Origin: Candidatus Melainabacteria bacterium 17Bon1m | Lineage (GTDB): Bacteria > Cyanobacteriota > Vampirovibrionia > Obscuribacterales > Obscuribacteraceae | NCBI GenBank assembly: GCA_032128875.1 | Contig: JAVLKG010000002.1 | Location: 160,001-224,000, forward strand | DNA length: 64,000 nucleotides | Direction of reading: 5' to 3' | Shown: one piece after another, positions 17,953-28,300 of the stretch | Position numbering within the stretch: position 1 is the stretch's first letter | Layout: each line of letters starts with the position of its first letter | The notes under the pieces: model-generated | What the model was told of the DNA's origin: nothing | Databases searched by the model: none | Seen by the model: only the letters and a program-made list of their open reading frames with translations | Program-made: the position numbers and the translations under genes

Positions 17953-20604
17953 TTACTGCACTTTTTTGAATAGTGGTTCTTTCCCAGTTGCTTCTTGAAT
18001 GACATCAAAGGTTCGCGCCCAAACAGGAGGACGCAAAAGGTCAAATTGCAATTTGCGCTTCAAATGTTCTGTGCGCAACGGCGTGCCGCTCACTTCGTAG
18101 AATGTGTAAACTCCACCACGCACGAGCATCGCCCCTTGTGACGTTTGGCACAGCATCAGCACCAGCCCAGGACGTCCCAACACCAGATTGGCGGATTTGA
18201 GCTGACGTTTGTAGATTGAATCCGGTTGTTTTGCCTTTGCGGATGCTCGTGCCGAATTTGCTGTCGAATTTGCTGTAGAACTTGCTGTAGAACTTGCTGT
18301 AGAACTTGCTGTAGAACTTGCTGTAGAACTTGCTGTAGAACTTGCTACACCTGCAGAACCCGTTGCGCTGCCAGAAGCTGCTCCACCTGCAGCACTGGCC
18401 GAATGTGATGCGGTCGCCGCTGCGGAGAGTATACTGCTGGCTGTTTTGCTCAATGCCGTTTTGCCGCTGTTGAGGATGCTGCTGCCGCTCGTCAGCGCTG
18501 CACCAGGTGTCATGCCCAGGGAATGCGATGGCATATTGATTGTGGGAGCCGGAGCCTCGGTTGGCGCAATAATGCTCAGAGCGCCTGGCAATGGTGACGA
18601 GACTTGATCAAGGATAAAGTCTATTCCAGCCAATAATTTGAAATCGACAGGCGAAGTCGGCTTGCCCTCAATTTCCGCGTCTGCGATTTGAGCTAAACGT
18701 TGTGCCAGACGTTTGAAGTCATTCAGTCGCTGTTCGTATTGTGCCGGGAAAAATCCAAGTGCTGTCAGTTTGTCCTGGAGAGTTCTGGCATCGGTTTCTA
18801 TGGCACGAAAAACACCAGGCACAGGCTCTAAGTAGTGGAACGATGCCGGCTTCACGACTGGTGCTCCAGCAGGAATGCTTGGTTGGGTAGTCGAAGGCTT
18901 ATTCGATGCACCTTGTGTGGTGCCCACGCCCTCCGCCGGTTTCACGCTAGCCCCGTCGGCACCAGTCGGCTTACTTACTCCGGCGCCAACCTCCGGCCTA
19001 CCTACTCCGGCGCCACCATCCGGCTTAATCTCAGCTAAAGCAATATGCGCATCGACCCACCCACTGAAGGCACTTTCGAGGTGTCTAGACATCCACAAGT
19101 CTGTCTTCAACGGACCTTGAGCTTCGGTTGGAAACTGTTTGAAATAGCCACTGAGAATATTCCAAGAACGCTCCCACGTCGCGGTCAATGGTTGCCCGGC
19201 TTTCGGTTTTGCGACCGCACGCTCCAGCTCGAGAATTGGTTTGTTCAAGTCCGGCTGTAGTACTGAAATGCCGTTGTACAAAATATTAGTGGCAGCCTGC
19301 GCTCCGCGAGCATGTAAGATGAGCAGAGAAAGAGGGCACCACACTGTTCCTCTGTCGTCGTCCGTGAAAGTGCCAGCGCGAGCGCGAAGCCAGGGAATCT
19401 CGGGATCTTCGATTAAGGGCATCAAGCGAAAAGATGCGTGCTGCGCATCGTCACCCGATGAGTCTGCTAGATCGAAAATTGAAGTGGCGCCCAGACCTAC
19501 AGGCTTTTGTTTGCGCACAGACAGCAAAAGTTTTGTTCTGAAAAATGGACTTGCCAGGTTGTTTAACGTGGTTTTCAAATCTTGAATGCCACCAGGTACA
19601 ACGGCCTTAAAGTCGGTGTATAAAAGTGTTCGTTGCCTGTTGCGTAAAGAGCTCGTAGCGAAAAGCTCCCACACCTGAACCAATCTTTGCCAGCTATCCA
19701 CTGCTGGTTTTCCATTGATGGTGGCACGGTCGAGCGCGCGATAGAGCAAGACAGATCTTCTAAATAAGTTGCCGCTGCCAGTCTCCGTATCGACAGTGAC
19801 GTCGGTCAGAGGAAAGTCCATTCTGGAAATCCATTGCGCGCAGCGATAGAAATAGGCAAGTTTTTCGCGTTTTGCAAACCAACCGAGCGGTGCGAGCGCT
19901 TCGAAGTTTTCTTCTCTGTCGAAAATCTCAGAGCGCGTTTTAAATCCGGCATCGATGTTCTTCATCTCTCGGTCGGAGAGGTCGGTGGCACCGCCCATAT
20001 CCGGGAGCTTTATCGATGGCTCGATGAGGCGAATTGCGACGATGAGAAACGCCAGGTTGCGCTGAATATCGTCCTTGATTTCAGCATCTTCCGAACGTCT
20101 GTAGTCCTCGACAGCTGCTTTGAGCATGGCATGCAAAACCTGCTTCAATTCAGGCATCACATGTTCTTCGATGACTGCTGCGATGAGTCCATTGGTCGTG
20201 GCGAAATACGGATGGACAATACTATCGAGCGTGACAAAATTTGGCTTACCCTTTAGTCTGTTGTCTCGATACAGGTCGCCCATTGTTTCGAAATTGGTGT
20301 TATTAATCACCACGAAGTGATTTTGCGCTAACAGATTTGTGGTGGCAGGTGTGACTCCAGGGATTTTGATTCCTGCAAGAGAAATCGGAGTTACCGGCGT
20401 AGTCGGCAACTCCTGTGGCTTCAAGATCGCTTCCAAACTCTGGTCTTTCTCCAAGCTAGGATGCTTGGTCATGCTCGCAGGCAACTTAATAGGATTCATT
20501 CCTGATTCCGTAAGCTGCGCTGAGGCACCCAACGGCAGAAGTCCGGTTTGGAAAATCAGAAGTGCCGAGACACTTGCAAATATTTTCTTTTTGGACTTGC
20601 CCAT
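17953..20604 (-). CDS. DUF3160-family exported protein with low-complexity inserts
   Basis: LAQNHFVV...LYRDN...PNFVTLDSIVHPY, RGGVYTFYE and PPVW resemble DUF3160; signal-like N-terminus. Alternative GTG start at 20631. Confidence 0.7.
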   Translation of the reverse strand: MGKSKKKIFASVSALLIFQTGLLPLGASAQLTESGMNPIKLPASMTKHPSLEKDQSLEAILKPQELPTTPVTPISLAGIKIPGVTPATTNLLAQNHFVVINNTNFETMGDLYRDNRLKGKPNFVTLDSIVHPYFATTNGLIAAVIEEHVMPELKQVLHAMLKAAVEDYRRSEDAEIKDDIQRNLAFLIVAIRLIEPSIKLPDMGGATDLSDREMKNIDAGFKTRSEIFDREENFEALAPLGWFAKREKLAYFYRCAQWISRMDFPLTDVTVDTETGSGNLFRRSVLLYRALDRATINGKPAVDSWQRLVQVWELFATSSLRNRQRTLLYTDFKAVVPGGIQDLKTTLNNLASPFFRTKLLLSVRKQKPVGLGATSIFDLADSSGDDAQHASFRLMPLIEDPEIPWLRARAGTFTDDDRGTVWCPLSLLILHARGAQAATNILYNGISVLQPDLNKPILELERAVAKPKAGQPLTATWERSWNILSGYFKQFPTEAQGPLKTDLWMSRHLESAFSGWVDAHIALAEIKPDGGAGVGRPEVGAGVSKPTGADGASVKPAEGVGTTQGASNKPSTTQPSIPAGAPVVKPASFHYLEPVPGVFRAIETDARTLQDKLTALGFFPAQYEQRLNDFKRLAQRLAQIADAEIEGKPTSPVDFKLLAGIDFILDQVSSPLPGALSIIAPTEAPAPTINMPSHSLGMTPGAALTSGSSILNSGKTALSKTASSILSAAATASHSASAAGGAASGSATGSAGVASSTASSTASSTASSTASSTASSTANSTANSARASAKAKQPDSIYKRQLKSANLVLGRPGLVLMLCQTSQGAMLVRGGVYTFYEVSGTPLRTEHLKRKLQFDLLRPPVWARTFDVIQEATGKEPLFKKVQ
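18259..18346. repeat. 12-bp coding tandem repeat (Ser-Thr-Ala-Ser)
   Basis: Six perfect copies of TGCTGTAGAACT (18271-18342) plus a degenerate copy; encodes STASSTAS on the minus strand. Confidence 0.95.
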
Positions 20605-20657
20605 AGGTTTACCGTTGCTTGAACAGACCACTGTATTGCGGCTTGTGTGCGTCTCTC

Positions 20658-22319
20658 TTATTTGCGAGTTTGCGGAATGAGCGATACGAAGCGCGCCATG
20701 TGAATGCCGTCGACTTCGTTCAGTTCGGTGATCAACTCTTGCTGAATCGGATCATCGAGAGTCATGACCATGACGGAGTCCTCGCGAATTCCTTTTCTTG
20801 CCACGGACATGGTGCTGATGTTGATATCGTGTTTGCCGAGAATGCCCGCTACTTTCGCGACCATCCCTGGTTGATCTCGGTGCATGGTGAACAGCATGTA
20901 CCGGGCCGGTGTGAGGTTGATCGGGTAGTCATTGATGCGGGTGATGATTGGCTCGTCGTGAGTGAGGATTGTTCCTGATAAGGAAGTGATACCCGACTCG
21001 GTCGAAAGTATTATTGTGAGCTCTTCGCCAAATTGGCTGCTCTCTTCGAATTTGCTTTCGCGCACCTGGATGCCATGCTGTCTTGCGATCAATGATGCAT
21101 TGACGTAGGTCACTCCTTCCATTTTTGTGAAAAGCATGCCGCGCAGAGCTGTCACCGTCAGTGGTGACGTGTCTTTGGTCGCCAAACCGCCGTATGCCAG
21201 AGTCTCTAATTCTTTGATAGAACCATTGCTCAATTCGCCGGCGATTGCGCCCATCGCTTCGGCTAGCCAGACATATTTGCCGAGGCTCTTCAAAATTTCC
21301 GGACGCATGAAAGGCAAGTTGACAGGGCTCTTCGCAAGACCGGTAGTGAGATAGTCGCGCATCTGTTCTGCGAGATCTATCGCTACGTTGAATTGGGCTT
21401 CGACTGTCGATGCGCCCAAGTGTGGAGTCAAAACAACCTTGTCGCCCAGCGCATAAAGCGGAGAGTCTTTGGGTGGTTCTTCATCGAAAACATCGAGTGC
21501 CGCACCAGCGACGCGCCCGTCTTGAATTGCTTTCGCCAGGGCATGCTCGTCGATGATTCCACCGCGCGCTGCATTAATGATGCGAACACCGGGCTTAACG
21601 CGGGAAAGTACGGTGCCACTGATGAGATTTGTTGTTTCTCGTGTCTTCGGCGTATGAAGAGTGATGAAGTCTGCACGACGCCAGATTTCTTCAAGCGAAA
21701 CACTCTGCATATGAAGTTGTGCCGCGCGCTCAGCACTGATCAGAGGATCGTATACGATGACCTTCATCCCGAGTGCTTGCGCTGTCTGCGCAACTCTCTG
21801 CCCGACTTTGCCAAGTCCGACCACACCGAGGGTTTTGTTGAACAATTCAGTGCCGGTGAATTTGCTGCGCTCCCACTTTCCGTCTTTCATCGAGCGATCG
21901 GCGGGTGCGACGTTTCTCGCTAAAGACATCATCAAAGCTACCGTGTGCTCAGCGGCTGATGCGGTGTTCCCTTCCGGCGAATTGACCACCAAAATCCCTG
22001 CTTCCGTCGCGGCACCAATGTCTATATTGTCGACGCCTACACCAGCGCGTCCGATGACTTTCAAGTTCTTTCCGGCTTTGATAACTTCGGGCGTTACCAC
22101 CGTCCGGCTGCGCACCAACAAACCTGTATATTCGGGAATCACCTTGATCAACTCTTCTGGCGTGATCTTCGGCAGGTAATCCACCGATAGCGCCTGCGAC
22201 ATTACATCCAAGCCTTCCTGGCTGATCTCGTCCGCCACCAATATTCTGTCTGTAGTTTTTTCAGCAGTCACTGCTTTTGCATCCTTTGTCTTAGTTGCGG
22301 TTGTATCTTTGGCGGGCAC
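20658..22319 (-). CDS. serA: D-3-phosphoglycerate dehydrogenase
   Basis: Motifs VIGRAGVGVDNID, GVVGLGKVG, NAARGGI and TPHLGAST, plus C-terminal ASB and ACT domains (HRDQPGMV). GTG 22319 follows GAAAGGA. Confidence 0.95.
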   Translation of the reverse strand: MPAKDTTATKTKDAKAVTAEKTTDRILVADEISQEGLDVMSQALSVDYLPKITPEELIKVIPEYTGLLVRSRTVVTPEVIKAGKNLKVIGRAGVGVDNIDIGAATEAGILVVNSPEGNTASAAEHTVALMMSLARNVAPADRSMKDGKWERSKFTGTELFNKTLGVVGLGKVGQRVAQTAQALGMKVIVYDPLISAERAAQLHMQSVSLEEIWRRADFITLHTPKTRETTNLISGTVLSRVKPGVRIINAARGGIIDEHALAKAIQDGRVAGAALDVFDEEPPKDSPLYALGDKVVLTPHLGASTVEAQFNVAIDLAEQMRDYLTTGLAKSPVNLPFMRPEILKSLGKYVWLAEAMGAIAGELSNGSIKELETLAYGGLATKDTSPLTVTALRGMLFTKMEGVTYVNASLIARQHGIQVRESKFEESSQFGEELTIILSTESGITSLSGTILTHDEPIITRINDYPINLTPARYMLFTMHRDQPGMVAKVAGILGKHDINISTMSVARKGIREDSVMVMTLDDPIQQELITELNEVDGIHMARFVSLIPQTRK

Positions 22320-22342
22320 TATCCTTTCTCCCTGTGGCGTGA

Positions 22343-25105
22343 TTATTGATTGGTCAAAATCAATTTGTGTTTTTCTTGCCGATCTACTTGCTTGTCCGAA
22401 ACTGCCATCGCATGTGGTTCCATCTTCAACCATGCCGGAAGCTGGTCTGCGCGATAGGAAGAAATAAGCTGTCCTGATTCACCAAGTGACAGATTGGAGT
22501 AAATCTTCTCATCATCAGCCATATCGATAAGCATGCGCAACGTTGGTCCCACCGATGATAGGAAATTCCAAGCGTCTTTCGAAGGCTTTATATTGGCTGC
22601 ACTGACAGTATCTTGGTCACCGCCAACAGATGACGGACCAATGTCGAGAACGGGGGCGAAGCTCGAATTGTATTTGGCGATTGGGTGGCGGAAAGTGACT
22701 TTGTGCAATGTTCCCCACGGAACAATTTTCGCATCTTCCTTCTCCGCAGAAACCCTCACACCCTTAAGCGACATTCCAAATGTCGAGATAAGGAACGCGT
22801 CATAGCTGCGCTCGCCTGGCGGCAACCACTGATTGGGGTGCGCGCGCAGAATTCGCTCGATTAAAACAGTCGAGCGCGGCCAACGTTCCAAATACTCCGC
22901 AGTTGCATCAGCTCCCAACTTCGGCTCCAGTATTCTGTGAGCCAGAGTGTTGATGAAGCTCTCATAAATAGCGGCAGGAACACTGTCAGGTGTCAGCTGA
23001 TACTGACGCTGAGACCAATTGTTTAACTGCTCCAGCGCAGTCAATTGCGTCTTATCAATCAGCTCTGTTTTGTCCGTGGCACGTTTTAATTCAGACTTGA
23101 CCAGCTCGATGAGCGGGGCCGTTTGATCCGTTTGCAGAAGACCGAGCTCCGGAAGACCAGCGCGTTGTCCGCTGCGTTTGTACGATGACAACACCTGACG
23201 AATTCGCATCGGCGGATATGGGCTGTTGATGCTGGGATGACCAGCAATTCGCTGCTCACCGGCGATGACAAAACCTTCTTTAGCGATAAGTTCCTGAGGA
23301 AGTTCTGCGGCTTTCATAAGCGGCGGAGCTTGTCTTACCAACCAACCGGGCACCATCACACTTCCACCACCGAACTTGCGGCGGTCAGGAACTGCTCCGG
23401 CAACTTTGTAGCCCACTGATCCTTTCTTGTCCGCGAAAACAAATGTCTGTGGATTGCCTTGATAGTCGTCCAGCGCCAATGAAAATGAAACCAAGTCTTT
23501 GGCTTTGTTCATTTTCCAAAGTGCTTCGATGATTGGCTTTAGCGGTCTAGAACCAGTCCAGCTGAGTGAAACGCCAGATGTTTCACTGCGAGTCAAGATC
23601 GGTCCGTGCTTTGTGGTAAGCACCTTGTGCAGCAAGTCCTTCTTCATACGAACGGGAATTGCCACAATGTTTTCAGCGACGTTTTGCCAACCTTCAGCCG
23701 TGCGATATTTATTGGGAAACTGGCTGGAGAACTCTTCCAAGATCAAGTCTTGTGTGTCTGCTTTGAGATTGGCAGAACCGAAAGAGATGAACTGATTGCG
23801 ACCGGTGATAATTCCCGGCACACCAGGAATGGTGGCACCGACCAAATGCGTTGACGGAGACTTGAGTGAGATTTGATAAAAGCGATCAGGCACCGTATAC
23901 AGTGCGTGCTTGTCGTTGGCAAGCAGACTGCCCCGTGTGTCTGACATGGCGCCGGAAATTCCAAACGCGTTGCTGCCGATTCTAGGATCCATCGACGCGA
24001 GAAGGGCTACAGCTTTTTTGTAAGACTCCAATGATGGCGCATAACCAGTGGGTGAAGTCGGGCGAGCTGGAGTCGACGGTGCCGGTGTGATATCTGGCGC
24101 TGTCGTCGGTTCGGGTTCTGATTGTGTAGATGGAGCTGTCTCCGCGGGTGGTGTGTAGCGCAGCGTAGGTGCTGTTCGTGGTGAGGGCGAAGTACCAGGT
24201 GTACGCGGAACACGTGGAGCGGTACGAACATTCGTAGAAGATGCTCTTGTTTCGGTGCCGGCTGCCGCTTGAGCGGAAGTTTTTGAGGCTCCATTTTTTG
24301 TACCCGGTGCTCCGCCAGGTGCTGTACCAGGGGTTGATGCATCCGGCAGCGCAGCAGGCTTGGCTGCATCGCGCGCTGCACCAGGAGTTGTTGCATCAGG
24401 CAACGCAGCAGGAGTCGCAGGCACAGGCTCTTCTTTCGGTGGTGGAATAGGCGACGGTGCCTGGTTGATTACAGAACGCAGCGGTTCTTCAAAAATTTCC
24501 GAGGCTAACTTCTCGCCACCTTGCTTATCGCAAATTCTCTGACGCAAATCATCAAGGCGCCAAGATTCATCTGCCTCGAATTGCAAATATTTGAGCACGC
24601 AAAGTGTGTCCGCTGGCTTCCAGGGTTCTGGTCTATAAGCCAAAGTTGCGAATTCCAGAGGCAAGGTTTTTACGTTGCGACGAAGGTATTCATTCACGCC
24701 CATTGAATACGCATCTAGAAATGCGCGCACATCTTGCGAGAGTTTTTTCAGTTCGGCATCTGCAATTTGTGAAATGCCTACGCTTCTCATGAGCTTGTCG
24801 TCGATCAAGCATTGTTCGCCAAATACTTCCGACATCTGCCCGCGTGCTGCACGCCTGAGCATGTCCATCTGAAACATCCGGTCCGACGCATGCGCGTAGC
24901 CTTCGACCAACCACAAATCTCTGTCCGATGACGCTTCGACATATGGAATTCCACGCTCATCAAATCTGATCTGCGCACCGTGCATCAATGGCTCCAATGT
25001 CACAACGCCGTCAGTGACAGGCAACGCTCGCTGGCAAAGCCACCATCCGGTGATTGGTGTTGCAAGGATAACCAGGACAAGAACAATGATTAGGATTCTT
25101 AGCAC
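22343..25105 (-). CDS. Penicillin acylase family (Ntn hydrolase) protein
   Basis: FDERGIPYV, GYAHASDRMFQMD, beta-chain start GSNAFGISG, LLANDKH, TKHGP, GESG; N-terminal TM. Confidence 0.9.
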   Translation of the reverse strand: MLRILIIVLVLVILATPITGWWLCQRALPVTDGVVTLEPLMHGAQIRFDERGIPYVEASSDRDLWLVEGYAHASDRMFQMDMLRRAARGQMSEVFGEQCLIDDKLMRSVGISQIADAELKKLSQDVRAFLDAYSMGVNEYLRRNVKTLPLEFATLAYRPEPWKPADTLCVLKYLQFEADESWRLDDLRQRICDKQGGEKLASEIFEEPLRSVINQAPSPIPPPKEEPVPATPAALPDATTPGAARDAAKPAALPDASTPGTAPGGAPGTKNGASKTSAQAAAGTETRASSTNVRTAPRVPRTPGTSPSPRTAPTLRYTPPAETAPSTQSEPEPTTAPDITPAPSTPARPTSPTGYAPSLESYKKAVALLASMDPRIGSNAFGISGAMSDTRGSLLANDKHALYTVPDRFYQISLKSPSTHLVGATIPGVPGIITGRNQFISFGSANLKADTQDLILEEFSSQFPNKYRTAEGWQNVAENIVAIPVRMKKDLLHKVLTTKHGPILTRSETSGVSLSWTGSRPLKPIIEALWKMNKAKDLVSFSLALDDYQGNPQTFVFADKKGSVGYKVAGAVPDRRKFGGGSVMVPGWLVRQAPPLMKAAELPQELIAKEGFVIAGEQRIAGHPSINSPYPPMRIRQVLSSYKRSGQRAGLPELGLLQTDQTAPLIELVKSELKRATDKTELIDKTQLTALEQLNNWSQRQYQLTPDSVPAAIYESFINTLAHRILEPKLGADATAEYLERWPRSTVLIERILRAHPNQWLPPGERSYDAFLISTFGMSLKGVRVSAEKEDAKIVPWGTLHKVTFRHPIAKYNSSFAPVLDIGPSSVGGDQDTVSAANIKPSKDAWNFLSSVGPTLRMLIDMADDEKIYSNLSLGESGQLISSYRADQLPAWLKMEPHAMAVSDKQVDRQEKHKLILTNQ

Positions 25106-25327
25106 TATGCCACCATATGTGGAGCCAACAACGAAAGGGAGCCTTCGCTCCTTACAAGGGCTCAGTTTTGCCCACTAGAACCGCCACAATTATATTAGAA
25201 GAGGCTTGCAGCAAGGCACTTATGAAGCTTCAAGCGCTACGCATTTTAACGACCGCTATTGATAGCAGATAGGGGTGCTTCTGGATACTGTTCTATATCC
25301 GAATGGCTGGAGCCGGGCTGAAACGGC

Positions 25328-25377
25328 CGGAGCGCCGCCTTCCAGGCGGCTTCGGGCGGCATTAATGCCGCCCCTAC
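25328..25377. repeat. REP pair
   Basis: CGGAGCGCCGCCTTCCAGGCGGC and inverted GTAGGGGCGGCATTAATGCCGCCC. Confidence 0.75.
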
Positions 25378-25398
25378 GTTCCGCAGGACGCGTCGCCG

Positions 25399-28300
25399 CT
25401 ACGTTTTCAAAAAATCATCGACAAAGATTTTTACTTTCTTGAATTCTTCTTGCAGTAGGCCTAGAGTGGCTTCTGCTGGTTCCCAAGCAGACTTTTTGGC
25501 TGATTGTTCGATTTCGAGGCTGAGTCTGGTCAGATTGTCGGCGCAAAGCACTGCGGACAAACCCTTCAGCTGGTGCGCTGTTGCTGCCAATTCTCTGTCA
25601 GACCGAGAATCTATTTGTGTTCTGGCTGATGCCAAGAGCTCCGTCGCCTCTGAGAGGAACATCTTGAGAATGTCGTGCAGGTCATCGTCTCCATAAAGTT
25701 TTCTCAGCTCATTGAGATTAATTGGCAGGGTCGCATCACCATTGACGCTATTTTTTGCGTCTCCTTTTGAGCTCTCATCTGTTGACATTTCCGGGTGCTC
25801 CGTCGAGGGCATTGGTTCCAGTGTGCTGTTGAGCGCCAAAGGTATCCATGAGGCGATTACTCGTCTCAATTGATCGTGGCCGACCGGCTTGCTCAAATAG
25901 TCGTCCATTCCTGATCGAATACAGCGCTCTCGGTCCGACGGCATAGCACCCGCAGTCATTGCCACAATTGGCACGCGCCCACCTGCAGTTTCTTCAAGCC
26001 GCCGAATTTCCAAGGTCGCTTCATAGCCGTCCATCTCCGGCATCTGGCAGTCCATAAAAATCGCATCGAAACGAGAATTTTTGTGATCCTCTGAGTGTTT
26101 TTGATTTTGCTTTTCAAACTCAGTAACAGCTTCTTGCCCGTTGGAGACAATCACTACATCCAGCCCGAACTTGCGCAATTGCCGCTCGGCGAGCTGCTGC
26201 AAGACTGGGTTATCTTCCGCAAGTAGCACTCTAAACTTGCCGTCTTTGGTTATCGGCGTTTCTGATTGAAACGCTCCTTTATAGACAAGATCATCGAGCG
26301 CGCGGTCAAAACCTAGTTCCACTGCCTCAGGCATCGACAAAATTTCTTGCCCGCGAAATCCTGGTTTCAAAACCACTTCCAACAGGTGCGCGCGCCGCAG
26401 CGGTTTTACAAGACACGCTGCTACTCCGTCTGTGACCGCTTTCTCCATTCGTTCTTTTTCATCAAATGATGCCACCAGCACCACTCGCCCGGCTGTCTCT
26501 GAGTGTGACTCTATGATCTTCTTCGCCAGCGCAAATCCATTGAAGCTGTCCTGTGACGCATCCACGATTGTGACCGTGTAATTGACTTTGTCGCGCACTG
26601 CTTGCGCCAGCAATTCGTGCGCTTCTTCCGGACCTGCGGCTTCGGCAACTTTGATTCCGGCGCTGGATAAATAGGATGTGATGATGCTGCGTGAAGAGGG
26701 GGATGAATCGATAACAAGGACATCAAAAGGCACTACCACTTGCAATTGTTCTGCCTTCAAGTCTGGTTGTGCCGGCCATTTTTCTCGCTCTAGTGGCACA
26801 GTAAACCAGAAGGTCGAGCCTTTCTTTTCTTCGCTCGAAACCCCGATTTCACCGCCCATCATCTCCACGAGGCGTTTGCTGATTGACAGTCCCAGTCCGG
26901 TGCCGCCGTATTTGCGTGTCGTGGATCCATCCGCTTGCGCAAACGGCTGGAAGAGGCGTTTTCTTGCTGCTTCCGACAAACCTATGCCTGTGTCGGTCAC
27001 TTGAAATAGGATGACGACGCGCTCATCTGATTCTCTAAACTTCGAAGCTTTGACCAGAATTTCGCCGTTTTCAGTAAACTTAATTGCGTTGCTCGCTAGA
27101 TTGAGCAGTACTTGACGCAGACGCACCGGGTCGCCTTTGACATATTGCGGAATAGACGGATCGCAAAAAGTCATCAACGCCAGCCGCTTGCGACGCGCCG
27201 ACGATGCCAACCAGTCCGCGCACCCTTCGACAATCGAGCGGACATTCAAATCGATGACTTCCAATTCCAACCTTCCTGCTTCCATCTTCGAGAAGTCGAG
27301 AATGTCATTGATGATAGTCAAAAGTGATTGCGCAGACTCGTTGACGATTTTGACAAAACTGCTTTGCTCGCTGGAAAGCGTAGTATCCATGAGCAATTCG
27401 GTCATGCCCAGAACAGCAGAAATCGGCGTACGAACCTCGTGTGAAATGTTCGCAACGAATTCCGACTTCAATTTTGATGCTTCCAGCGCTTCGTCGTACG
27501 CGAGTTCTAGTTTGTGAGTGAGGATTTCAAGTTCTTGGTTGACGGCGGCTAGAATGCTGACACGCTGAGCAAGGTCCTCGTTGAGTTGTTTTACTTTGTC
27601 TTCCGCCGCCTTCAGGTCGGAAATATCCATCAAAAGCCCGTTCCAGAGAACATCGCCGTTTTCCAAATATTCGGGCGTGGACGTCGCGCGCACATATTTC
27701 ATTGTGCTGCCGATTAAAATACGCATCTCGAATTTGAAAACCGACATTGATGCCGCTGATTTTTCAATCGCTTCATTCAGAGGACCGCGATCGTCAGGGT
27801 GAATGTTGACGAATGCGAGATTAGAGTCGTTCTCGATTTCGTGGCGTTCAAAGCCGAACAATGCACGGCAGCTCTCGCTGATGTACGGGAAATGATAGGA
27901 GTTGTCGCTCTTTTTCTTCAGGAATTGATAAATGACGCCAGGCAAATGTCGCGCCACATTATTGATGCGCGCGCTTACGTCTTCCAGCTGCGCTTCAGTT
28001 TGGCGACGCAGTGTTATATCATGCGCGACACCGTAGATGAGATTTGTCTCTATGTTAGAAGACGCGCTCCACATCAGCCATTTGATGCTGCCGTCTTTGG
28101 CTATATAGCGGTTTTCAAAGAAGTGAATGTTCTTTCCGTTAGTGAGGAATTCGGCTTGTGCGGCAGTGGCTTCGCGATCTTCCGGGTGAATAAGTTCCAG
28201 ATAGGGGCGCGAAAGCAGCTCTTCCTGTGAGTAGCCTAATACTTTGGTCCACTCTGGATTTACCTGTTTGAAGTAGCCGTCAAATCCTGCGACGCAGAAG

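Noticed and set aside
22320-22433. N-terminal extension of serA overlapping the acylase gene
   Set aside because: A GTG with a good RBS at 22319 removes the overlap.
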